From Gammaproteobacteria bacterium (GTDB taxonomy: Bacteria > Pseudomonadota > Gammaproteobacteria > Pseudomonadales > Azotimanducaceae): a stretch of 64,000 nucleotides of DNA. A program made the position numbers and the translations under genes. Location: NCBI GenBank assembly GCA_030433075.1, contig JAUILI010000003.1, forward strand, positions 9,596 through 73,595, in the 5' to 3' direction. The first letter of the stretch is position 1; every line of letters begins with the position of its first letter. Below are positions 56,714 to 64,000 of this stretch, in pieces. The notes beneath the pieces were generated by a model. The model saw nothing but the letters and a program-made list of their open reading frames with translations, did not search any database and was not told where the DNA came from.

Positions 56714-58834
56714 ATGAACCGTGTTGCCCTTGTCGTCATCGTCGCCGCCCTTCTGGCTGTCTTTTTCGCCCTCGGCGGCCCCGCGCTGCTCAGCTTTGAG
56801 GCCCTGCAGGGGCAGGCCGAGGCGCTCCGAAGCCTGCAGCAGGCCCAGCCCCTGGCCACGGCCCTGGCCTTCTTCGCCCTCTATATCCTGGTGACGGCCC
56901 TCTCTTTACCTGGGGCGGCGGTGCTGACCCTTGCCGGCGGCGCGCTCTTCGGTTTTTTCGGCGGCCTGGTGCTCGTGTCCTTCGCAAGCAGCCTGGGCGC
57001 CGTGCTTGCCTGCGCCCTGGCCCGCAGCCTCTTCCGCCCCCTGGTGTCGGAGCGCTTTCAAAGCCAGCTGGCGGCGATTAACGAGGGCCTGGCCCGGGAC
57101 GGGGTGTTCTATCTCCTGTCCCTGCGCCTCGTGCCCGTGGTGCCCTTTTTTGTCGTGAATCTGGTGTTCGGCCTAACCCGCTTGCCCCTCCGCCAGTTCT
57201 ACTGGGTGAGCCAGCTGGGCATGCTTCCGGGAACCGTGGTCTATGTGTTGGCGGGTACGGAACTGGGCGCGCTGACCGGCCCCCAGGACATCCTGTCTCC
57301 GCCCCTGCTTTTGGCCCTGGCGGCCCTGGGCCTCTTTCCCTGGCTGGCTCGGGGGCTTTTGGCGGTGCTGGCTCGGCGCCGGGCCCTGCGCGGCTTTGTC
57401 CGGCCGCGCCGCTTCGACGACAACGTGATCGTGATCGGCGGCGGCTCGGGAGGCCTCATCGCGGCGCTCATTGCGGCCACGGCCCGGGCTGAGGTGACCT
57501 TGGTGGAGCGTGACGCCATGGGCGGCGACTGCCTGAATCGGGGCTGTGTGCCGTCGAAGGCGCTACTCTCCGCAGCCCATCTAGCCGCGGCCCAGCGCCG
57601 GGGGCGACCGGGGGTGCGGAGCCTTGGGGTGGAGGTCGATTTTGCCGAGGTTATGGGGCAAGTGCACAGCGCCATTGCCACCATCGAACCCAAGGATTCG
57701 GCAGAGCGCTACGAGAGCCTGGGGGTGAAGGTCCTGAAGGGCTCCGCAACCCTCATTGATCCCTGGACCGTCGAGGTTAACGGCACCCGCCGCACGGCCC
57801 GGGCGATCATCCTGGCTACCGGGGGCGAACCCCTGGTTCCCGCCATTCCTGGGCTTGGGGATTGCGACCCCCTGACCTCCGATACGCTTTGGCAGCTGAC
57901 CGAGGCCCCGACGCGCTGCCTTGTCCTCGGCGCCGGCCCCATCGGCTGCGAGCTGGCCCAAAGCCTGGCGGCCCTGGGGTCGTCGGTCACGCTGGTGGAT
58001 CAGGCCAGGCAAGTGCTCCCCCGGGAGGACGACGCCGTGGGGGCCGTGGTGGCTGCGGCGCTGGCTTCCGAGGGCATCACGCTGCGCCTTGGCGCCCAGG
58101 CGGAGGCCTTTACCCCCGGCGCGGCGCCGGGATCGGGGACCCTCACCCTCGCCGGCGGGGAGACCCTGTCCTTCGACCGGGTGCTGGTGGCCGTGGGGCG
58201 GCGCCCGGTCACCGAGGGCCTGGGCCTCGACGCCCTCGGGGTGGAACGGCTCCCGAACGGGGCCCTCGCCGTGGATGAGACGCTGCGCGCCTCGATTCCG
58301 ACGATCTACGGCTGCGGCGACGTGGTGGGCCCCTATCAATTCACCCATATGGCCTCGGATCAGGCCTATGTCGCGGCGATGAACGCGCTGTTCCGGCCCC
58401 TAAAAGCCTTCAAGTGGACCGGGGCCGTGGTGCCTTGGGTGACCTTCACCGCGCCGGAAGTGGCGCGGGTGGGGCTATCGGAGCGGGAAGCCGAGGCGCA
58501 GGGCCTTGCCGTGACCGTGACCCGGGTGGGCTATGACGACAACGATCGCGCCATCGCCGAGGGGGAAACGGCGGGCTTTATCCAGGTGCTCACGCCGCCG
58601 GGGAAGGACCGCATCCTCGGGGTCACCATCGTCGGCGCTCGGGCCGGGGAGCTCCTGGCGCCCTGGGTGCTGGCCATGACCCACGGGCTTGGATTGAAGA
58701 AGATCATGGGCACGATCCACGCCTATCCCACCTATGCCGAGCTCAATAAGGCCGTTGCCAGCGCCTGGCGTAAGGCTCATGCGCCGGAGAAGGCTCTGGA
58801 TCTTCTGCGCCACTGGCACGGGCTCTGGCGCTAG
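56714..58834 (+). CDS. Fusion protein: DedA/VTT (TVP38/TMEM64) membrane domain + FAD-dependent pyridine nucleotide-disulfide oxidoreductase
   Basis: 706 aa from ATG 56714. About 230 aa of polytopic N-terminus, then GGGSGGL (FAD-binding), redox-active CLNRGCVPSK, a second GAGPIGCE (NAD-binding) motif, and the dimerisation motif HAYPTYAE. Confidence 0.85.
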   Translation: MNRVALVVIVAALLAVFFALGGPALLSFEALQGQAEALRSLQQAQPLATALAFFALYILVTALSLPGAAVLTLAGGALFGFFGGLVLVSFASSLGAVLACALARSLFRPLVSERFQSQLAAINEGLARDGVFYLLSLRLVPVVPFFVVNLVFGLTRLPLRQFYWVSQLGMLPGTVVYVLAGTELGALTGPQDILSPPLLLALAALGLFPWLARGLLAVLARRRALRGFVRPRRFDDNVIVIGGGSGGLIAALIAATARAEVTLVERDAMGGDCLNRGCVPSKALLSAAHLAAAQRRGRPGVRSLGVEVDFAEVMGQVHSAIATIEPKDSAERYESLGVKVLKGSATLIDPWTVEVNGTRRTARAIILATGGEPLVPAIPGLGDCDPLTSDTLWQLTEAPTRCLVLGAGPIGCELAQSLAALGSSVTLVDQARQVLPREDDAVGAVVAAALASEGITLRLGAQAEAFTPGAAPGSGTLTLAGGETLSFDRVLVAVGRRPVTEGLGLDALGVERLPNGALAVDETLRASIPTIYGCGDVVGPYQFTHMASDQAYVAAMNALFRPLKAFKWTGAVVPWVTFTAPEVARVGLSEREAEAQGLAVTVTRVGYDDNDRAIAEGETAGFIQVLTPPGKDRILGVTIVGARAGELLAPWVLAMTHGLGLKKIMGTIHAYPTYAELNKAVASAWRKAHAPEKALDLLRHWHGLWR

Positions 58835-58897
58835 CCTTGCGCTGAGCCCTGGGCTCGCGTTCACTGAGAAAAAGTCTGCGTTAAGGGGAGAAGGGCG

Positions 58898-59788
58898 ATG
58901 GCGTTTGAGATGGCGGGCCGGGTGGCCTTTATTACGGGGGCCGGCAGCGGTCTAGGAAAGGCCATGGCGGAGGCCCTGGCCGGGGAAGGCATGAAGATCT
59001 TTGCCGTGGATGTGGACGGCCCTGCCCTGGCTGCGCTGAAGGAGGCCTTCCAAGCGCGGAACGTGCCCATCGAAACGGCAGAGCTCGACGTCACCGATCG
59101 GGACGCGTTCGAAGCCGCGGCGGAGGCTTGCGTGGCCGCCTTTGGGGGCGTGCATGTGCTTTGCAACAACGCCGGGGTGTATCGCGGCGGCCCCCTCGAC
59201 GCCATGACCTACGCGGACTGGGACTGGATCCTGGGCGTCAATGTGGGGGGCGTGGTGAACGGGCTCCAGGCCGTGCTGCCGCGCATCAAGGCCACGGGGG
59301 AGGGCGGCCACATCGTCAATACGGCCTCCATGGCCGGGCTGACCGCCGGGGCGGGCATGGGCGTCTATAACGCCAGCAAGTACGCCGTGGTGGGACTCTC
59401 CGAGGCCCTTCGGGCCGATTTGGCGGAAACGGACATTGGGGTGTCCGTGCTGTGCCCCGCCATGGTGGACACGGACATTGTCCGCAGCGAACGCATCCGT
59501 CCCGAGGCCCTCGCCGATCCCGGTTCCGATGCGGCCGCAGAGGATCAGATCGGGCGTATGCGCCGGGCCATGGCGGCCAGCATTCCTCCGGCGCGCATCG
59601 GCGAGCTGGTGGCCGAAGGCATCCGGGAGGGCCACTTCTGGCTCCTATCCCACCCGGAGATGCGCCTTCCCGTGGAGGCGCGGCAGGCGGAACTGCTCGA
59701 GGCCTTTGGCACGCCCCAGGCGGAGGACCTCGCCCGCCTGGAAACGCTCATGGGGGCCATGACCCCGGAGGACCCGTCTCCGAGTTAG
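58898..59788 (+). CDS. Short-chain dehydrogenase/reductase (SDR)
   Basis: TGAGSGLGKA cofactor motif and the YNASK catalytic motif. Confidence 0.88.
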   Translation: MAFEMAGRVAFITGAGSGLGKAMAEALAGEGMKIFAVDVDGPALAALKEAFQARNVPIETAELDVTDRDAFEAAAEACVAAFGGVHVLCNNAGVYRGGPLDAMTYADWDWILGVNVGGVVNGLQAVLPRIKATGEGGHIVNTASMAGLTAGAGMGVYNASKYAVVGLSEALRADLAETDIGVSVLCPAMVDTDIVRSERIRPEALADPGSDAAAEDQIGRMRRAMAASIPPARIGELVAEGIREGHFWLLSHPEMRLPVEARQAELLEAFGTPQAEDLARLETLMGAMTPEDPSPS

Positions 59789-61683
59789 CCGCCGAGGGCT
59801 TCGTATTCCTCGCTCAGCGCCAGCCATTCCCCCTCTAGGGCCTCCCGGTCCTGGCGGGCCTGGCCGGCGCGCTGCATGAGCGCCGAGACCTCGGCTTTCT
59901 GCTTCGGATCGTCGTAGAGCGCGGGATCAGCCAGCTGCGCTTCGAGGGCGGCCAGCTCGGCCTCCGCCGCCTCTAAAGCCCGCTCCGTGGCCTGAATTTT
60001 CTTCCGCAGGGGCGCCAGGGCGGCTCGCTGCGCGGCCGCTGCGCGCTTCTCCTCCTGCCGGGCCGCCCGGGTATGGGCGGCGTCCTCGTCCCGGGCCTTT
60101 GCGGGCCCGGACCCCTGGCCCCGATCGAGCAGCCAGCGCGCATAGTCCTGAAGGTCGCCGGTCCAGGGGGCTACGGCTCCATCGGCCACCAGCCAGAACT
60201 CATCGGCCGTCTCCCGAAGCAGGTGGCGATCGTGGGACACGAGCACCACGGCGCCCTCGAAATCGGCCAAAGCCAGGGCAAGGGCTTGGCGCATTTCCAT
60301 ATCCAGGTGGTTCGTGGGCTCATCCAGCAGGAGGAGCGCGGGCTTTTGCCACGCAAGCAGCGCAAGCACGAGCCGGGCCTGCTCCCCGCCGGAAAGGTAG
60401 GCCACGCTTTCCATGGCGTTTGCCCCGAAGCCAAAGCCCCCGAGGTGATTGCGCAGGGCCTGCTCCGGGGCCGTGGGGTCGATGGCTTGCAGCTGGGCCA
60501 GGGGTGGCGCATCGGCCTTGAGCTGGCTCATTTGGTGTTGGGCGAACCAGGCGACGGCGGCGTGGTGGCCAAAGCTTAGGGTGCCGGCGAGGGGCTCGAG
60601 CTCCCCCGCGAGGGTTTTGAGCAGCGTGGATTTCCCGGCGCCGTTCGGCCCCAGGATGCCAATGCGGGCCCCGGGCGCGATGCGGAAGCGCACCTTTTCA
60701 AGAATGACCTCGGGGGCGTAGCCAAGGCTCAGCCCTTCCCCCTCCACCAGGGGGTTCGAGCGCTTTTCCGGATTGCGAAAGGCGAAGCGGAAGGGCGATC
60801 GGGCGTGCACCGCCGCATTCGCGGCCAGCTGCTCGAGGGTGCGGAGCCGGCTTTGCACTTGCTTGGCCTTGGTGGCCTTGGCGCGAAAGCGGTCCACGAA
60901 GCGCTGAATTTCCGCCATGCGCTTTTGGCTTTTCACAAAGGTTTGCTGTTGGAGCGCCAGGGCCTCGCTTTGCTGGCGCTCGAAGCTTGAGTAATTCCCC
61001 CGGTACATCGTCACCGCACTGTTTTCGAGGTGGGCCACATAGGCGACCGTTTCGTCCAGGAAATCCCGGTCGTGGGAGATGATGAGGAGCGTCGCATCGA
61101 GCTTCTTCAGCCAATGCTCGAGCCAGAGCGTGGCGTCGAGGTCGAGATGGTTGGTGGGCTCGTCGAGAAGGTAGAGATCCGCGGGGGTCATGAGCGTCTG
61201 GGCCAGGGCCAGGCGCATGCGCCAGCCCCCGGAAAAGCTGTTTACCGGGCGCTGCGCATCCTGGCCGCGAAAGCCGAGACCGTGGAGGATCGCGCCGGCC
61301 CGGGCGTCCGCGGCGTAGCCATCGATGGCGTCGAGCTCGCTGTGGAGCCGGCCGATGGCCTCGCTGTCCCCGCTTTCCTCCGCCTTGGCCAGGGCCCCTT
61401 GAATACGCCGGAGCGCTTTGTCGCCATCGAGGGCGAAGTCCAGGGCGCTGCGCTCGGAGCTTGGGGTTTGCTGCGCCAGATGGGCGAGGCGAAGGCGGTC
61501 GGCGTAGGAGACATCCCCGTCCTCGGGCAGAAGCTGGCCCCGAATGAGGGCAAAGAGGGAGGACTTCCCGGCGCCGTTGGCCCCCACCAAGCCGACGTGC
61601 TGCTTGGCGTGGATTGTGAAGGAGACGCCATCTAAGATGACCTTCTCTCCACGGCGGCAAAACACATTTGAAAAGGTCAGCAT
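59785..61683 (-). CDS. ABC-F family ATPase (YheS-like), no TM domains
   Basis: 632 aa from MLTFSNV. Two Walker A motifs (GANGAGKSS, GPNGAGKST), two signature motifs (LSGGWRMR, LSGGEQAR), and a C-terminal coiled coil. Confidence 0.9.
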   Translation of the reverse strand: MLTFSNVFCRRGEKVILDGVSFTIHAKQHVGLVGANGAGKSSLFALIRGQLLPEDGDVSYADRLRLAHLAQQTPSSERSALDFALDGDKALRRIQGALAKAEESGDSEAIGRLHSELDAIDGYAADARAGAILHGLGFRGQDAQRPVNSFSGGWRMRLALAQTLMTPADLYLLDEPTNHLDLDATLWLEHWLKKLDATLLIISHDRDFLDETVAYVAHLENSAVTMYRGNYSSFERQQSEALALQQQTFVKSQKRMAEIQRFVDRFRAKATKAKQVQSRLRTLEQLAANAAVHARSPFRFAFRNPEKRSNPLVEGEGLSLGYAPEVILEKVRFRIAPGARIGILGPNGAGKSTLLKTLAGELEPLAGTLSFGHHAAVAWFAQHQMSQLKADAPPLAQLQAIDPTAPEQALRNHLGGFGFGANAMESVAYLSGGEQARLVLALLAWQKPALLLLDEPTNHLDMEMRQALALALADFEGAVVLVSHDRHLLRETADEFWLVADGAVAPWTGDLQDYARWLLDRGQGSGPAKARDEDAAHTRAARQEEKRAAAAQRAALAPLRKKIQATERALEAAEAELAALEAQLADPALYDDPKQKAEVSALMQRAGQARQDREALEGEWLALSEEYEALGG

Positions 61684-61770
61684 GGGGAGCTCCGGCGGCA
61701 GCGCAGGGACGCTAGCGGGGCCGGGCAGACGGGTCAACCGGGGCAGTGCAACGGGGTGGGGGAACGCACC

Positions 61771-62607
61771 ATGAAGATTGAAGCGCGGTCATCCGCGGGC
61801 GCCGACGTTTACGGCGTGGATTTACGACAGGTCGATGAGGCCGGGCTCGACGCCCTAAAGGCGGCCTTCGCCGCCCATGGCCTCTTGATCTTCCATGGGC
61901 AGCAGCTTAGCGAGCAGGATCACATCGCCGTCGCCAAGCGCTTCGGACGCATCAATATCAATCGCTTTTTTGAAAGCCATCCCGCGCACCCGGAAATCGC
62001 CATGGTCCGCAAGGAGCGCGAGCAGCTCCAAAACATCGGCGGGGGTTGGCACACGGATCACTCCTACGACCGAGACCCGGCCCTGGGGTCGATCCTCGTG
62101 GCTCGGGAGCTCCCGGAGACCGGGGGCGATACGCTCTTTTTAAACACCAGCGATGCCTTCGATCGCCTGTCCCCGGGCTTCCAGGCGATGCTTCGGGGGC
62201 TACGTGCCGTGCACTCGGCGAAGCATATCTTTGGCGCCGCAGCGGCCACGGCGGCGCAGGTGGACGGCGATCGGCTGGGGAATGCGGCAGCGGCGGACGG
62301 CCTCGCCGACGTGGTGCATCCCGTGGTGGTGCGCCATCCCCTCAGCGGCCGGCCCACGCTCTATGTGAATCCGGCCTTCACCCTTCGCTTCGAGGGCTGG
62401 ACCGACCAGGAATCGGAGCCCCTGCTGCGCCAGCTCTACGCGCACATTTCCGCGGCCCCGGGGGTGTGCCGGGTGCGCTGGGCGCCGGGCATGGCGGCCT
62501 TCTGGGATAACCGCAGCACCTGGCACTACGCGGTCAACGACTATCACGGGCAGCGCCGGGAGATGCACCGCATCACCCTTGATGGCTGCGCTCTCGAAGC
62601 GGCATGA
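61771..62607 (+). CDS. TauD/TfdA-family Fe(II)/2-oxoglutarate dioxygenase
   Basis: WHTDHSY (HxD) motif plus a distal His. Start chosen at ATG 61771. Confidence 0.85.
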   Translation: MKIEARSSAGADVYGVDLRQVDEAGLDALKAAFAAHGLLIFHGQQLSEQDHIAVAKRFGRININRFFESHPAHPEIAMVRKEREQLQNIGGGWHTDHSYDRDPALGSILVARELPETGGDTLFLNTSDAFDRLSPGFQAMLRGLRAVHSAKHIFGAAAATAAQVDGDRLGNAAAADGLADVVHPVVVRHPLSGRPTLYVNPAFTLRFEGWTDQESEPLLRQLYAHISAAPGVCRVRWAPGMAAFWDNRSTWHYAVNDYHGQRREMHRITLDGCALEAA

Positions 62608-63449
62608 GGGCACTCCGGGAAGCCCGCGTCGAAACGGCTCGGCTCACGCTACAGACGGCCTGCGCCGGGACCGGGGATCCGCTGTTTTTGGTCAGCGGCA
62701 CGGGGGCGGACCTGCGGGTGCGCCCCGGGCCCCTTGATGGGCCGCTCCCGGAGCGCTTTACCGTGTGGAGCCTTGATCAGCGAGGGCAGGGGCGCAGCGA
62801 CGTCCCGCCCGGGCCCTATACCATGGCGGATTACGCCGATGATCTCGCGGCGCTCCACGACGCGCTGGGCCTGCCGCCCCTGCCTGTGGTGGCGATCTCC
62901 TTCGGCGGCATGGTGGCGCAGCACTTTGCCCTGCGCCATCCGCAGAAGGTCAGCAAGCTGGTGCTGTGCTGTACCTCCGCTGGCGGTGCCGGCGGCGCCT
63001 CCTATCCCCTGCATGAGCTGGAAAAGCTGGCGCCCGCGGCGCGCTTTGCCGCCAAGATGGCCGTGAGCGACCTTCGCCACGACGCCGCCTGGCAGGCCCA
63101 GCAGGGGGAACGCCTCGCCCCCGCACGGGAGGACGCGCAGCGTCAGAACGCGCGCCGGGTGAGCAACGCGGCCCTGATCCGGGGGGCGGCGCTCCAGCTT
63201 GCGGCCCGGCGGGACCACGATTGTCACGACGCCCTCCCGGCGCTGACCCTCCCGACCCTGCTGTGCGCGGGGCGCTTCGACGGCATCGCGCCCCTGGCCA
63301 ACATGGAGGCGCTGGCGGCAGCCCTGCCCCAGGCCACCCTTCAGGTGTTTGAGGGGGGGCACCTTTTCCTTCGCCAGGACCGAGCGGCCTGGCCGGCCAT
63401 TCTTCAATGGCTCACGGATGCGCCCGAAAAAGGACAAACGCATGAGTAA
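62604..63449 (+). CDS. Alpha/beta-fold hydrolase
   Basis: 281 aa. Nucleophile elbow AISFGG and a distal His (FEGGHLF). ATGA overlap with the dioxygenase gene. Confidence 0.8.
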   Translation: MRALREARVETARLTLQTACAGTGDPLFLVSGTGADLRVRPGPLDGPLPERFTVWSLDQRGQGRSDVPPGPYTMADYADDLAALHDALGLPPLPVVAISFGGMVAQHFALRHPQKVSKLVLCCTSAGGAGGASYPLHELEKLAPAARFAAKMAVSDLRHDAAWQAQQGERLAPAREDAQRQNARRVSNAALIRGAALQLAARRDHDCHDALPALTLPTLLCAGRFDGIAPLANMEALAAALPQATLQVFEGGHLFLRQDRAAWPAILQWLTDAPEKGQTHE

Positions 63450-64000
63450 AGTGGCTCCGGTGGCGGGCTTCAGCGCGGCCACGGCCGCGGCCGTGGTGGT
63501 GGCCAATATGATCGGCACGGGGGTGTTTACCTCCCTCGGCTTTCAGCTGGTGACCCTCAACACGGGCTTTGCCCTCATTGCCCTCTGGGTCGTGGGCGGG
63601 CTCACCGCCCTCTGCGGCGCCCTGACCTACGCGGAGCTCGGGGCGGCCTTGCCCCGGTCCGGAGGGGAGTACAACTTTCTAAGCCAGGTCTATCATCCCG
63701 CCGCGGGCTTCACCTCGGGCTGGGTGTCCTTCACCGTGGGCTTTGCGGCCCCCGTGGCGCTGGCGGCCATCACCTTTGGGACCTACCTCTCCAGCATCTT
63801 CCCCGACCTGTCCGCGACCCCCCTAGCCCTGGGCCTGGTGGGCGTGCTGACGGTGATTCATGCCAATAGCCGGCGTCATTCCGGCGGCGTGCAGCGCAGT
63901 TTTACCGTGCTCAAAATCGCCCTCATCGTGCTGTTCTGCCTCGCCGCGGCCCTAAGCCTCGAGACCCCCCAGCCCGTGAACTTCTGGCCCACCCTGGAAG
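63442..64000 (+). CDS. APC-family amino acid permease, N-terminal part (3' end lies outside the window)
   Basis: Hand translation: MSKVAPVAGFSAATAAAVVVANMIGTGVFTSLGFQ...YAELGAALPRSGGEYNFL. The frame is open to the window end. The ATG overlaps the hydrolase stop by 8 nt. Confidence 0.75.
   Translation, partial: MSKVAPVAGFSAATAAAVVVANMIGTGVFTSLGFQLVTLNTGFALIALWVVGGLTALCGALTYAELGAALPRSGGEYNFLSQVYHPAAGFTSGWVSFTVGFAAPVALAAITFGTYLSSIFPDLSATPLALGLVGVLTVIHANSRRHSGGVQRSFTVLKIALIVLFCLAAALSLETPQPVNFWPTLE

Noticed and set aside
56714-58834. Calling the fusion protein mercuric reductase MerA
   Set aside because: It has no C-terminal vicinal Cys pair, no NmerA/HMA domain, and no merR/merT/merP neighbours. 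Only the generic CxxxxC flavoprotein disulfide reductase core is present.

Overview
64-kb high-GC chromosomal segment of a gammaproteobacterium. Gene order parallels the Pseudomonas/Chromatiales-type core; the exact taxon cannot be fixed from this window. Coding density is very high, and many neighbouring genes are joined by ATGA/GTGA/TAATG stop-start overlaps.

Layout:
(1) 1-17.8 kb, plus strand: flagellar export/regulation/chemotaxis supercluster fliH(partial)-fliIJK | fliLMNOPQR-flhB | flhA-flhF-flhG-fliA-cheY-cheZ-short cheA-motAB. Sigma54-type -24/-12 boxes sit in its only two sizeable gaps.
(2) 17.8-26 kb: enoyl-CoA hydratase, argH, lptM-lysA-dapF-yigA-xerC-yigB, convergent thrC.
(3) 26-33.3 kb: serine hydrolase, glnK-amt (minus strand), ubiK-comM-rep.
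(4) 33.3-40.5 kb, minus strand: cytochrome c5, ivd/methylcrotonyl-CoA carboxylase genes, class-III aminotransferase, bcp.
(5) 40.6-47.3 kb, accessory-looking stretch downstream of tRNA-Arg(CCG): an AT-richer AbiEi/AbiEii module, a secreted PG-binding-domain gene interrupted by an in-frame TAG, a thioesterase, then an AT-richer outer-membrane barrel-glnK-amtB module with its own NtrC-like/sigma54 signals.
(6) 47.4-64 kb: AlgR-like regulator-hemCDXY, fre, rho, trxA, short ppx/gppA, hemB, DedA-flavoprotein disulfide reductase fusion, SDR, ABC-F, TauD-hydrolase-permease.

No rRNA, CRISPR array, transposase or integrase was seen.

Most interesting observations:
- a 12-copy in-frame 15-bp repeat array in the hook-length ruler FliK;
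- a 43-codon signal-peptide-like ORF coupled at both ends between fliO and fliP;
- a CheA reduced to Hpt + ATPase domains, with no P5/CheW domain;
- an Amt paralog with an apparent ~33-codon internal deletion;
- an OMP gene at the head of a second glnK-amtB unit;
- an AlgR-like regulator with a degenerate receiver and no kinase.

I cannot show that any of these is a new system. All calls come from reading the sequence and ORF translations, without database searches.
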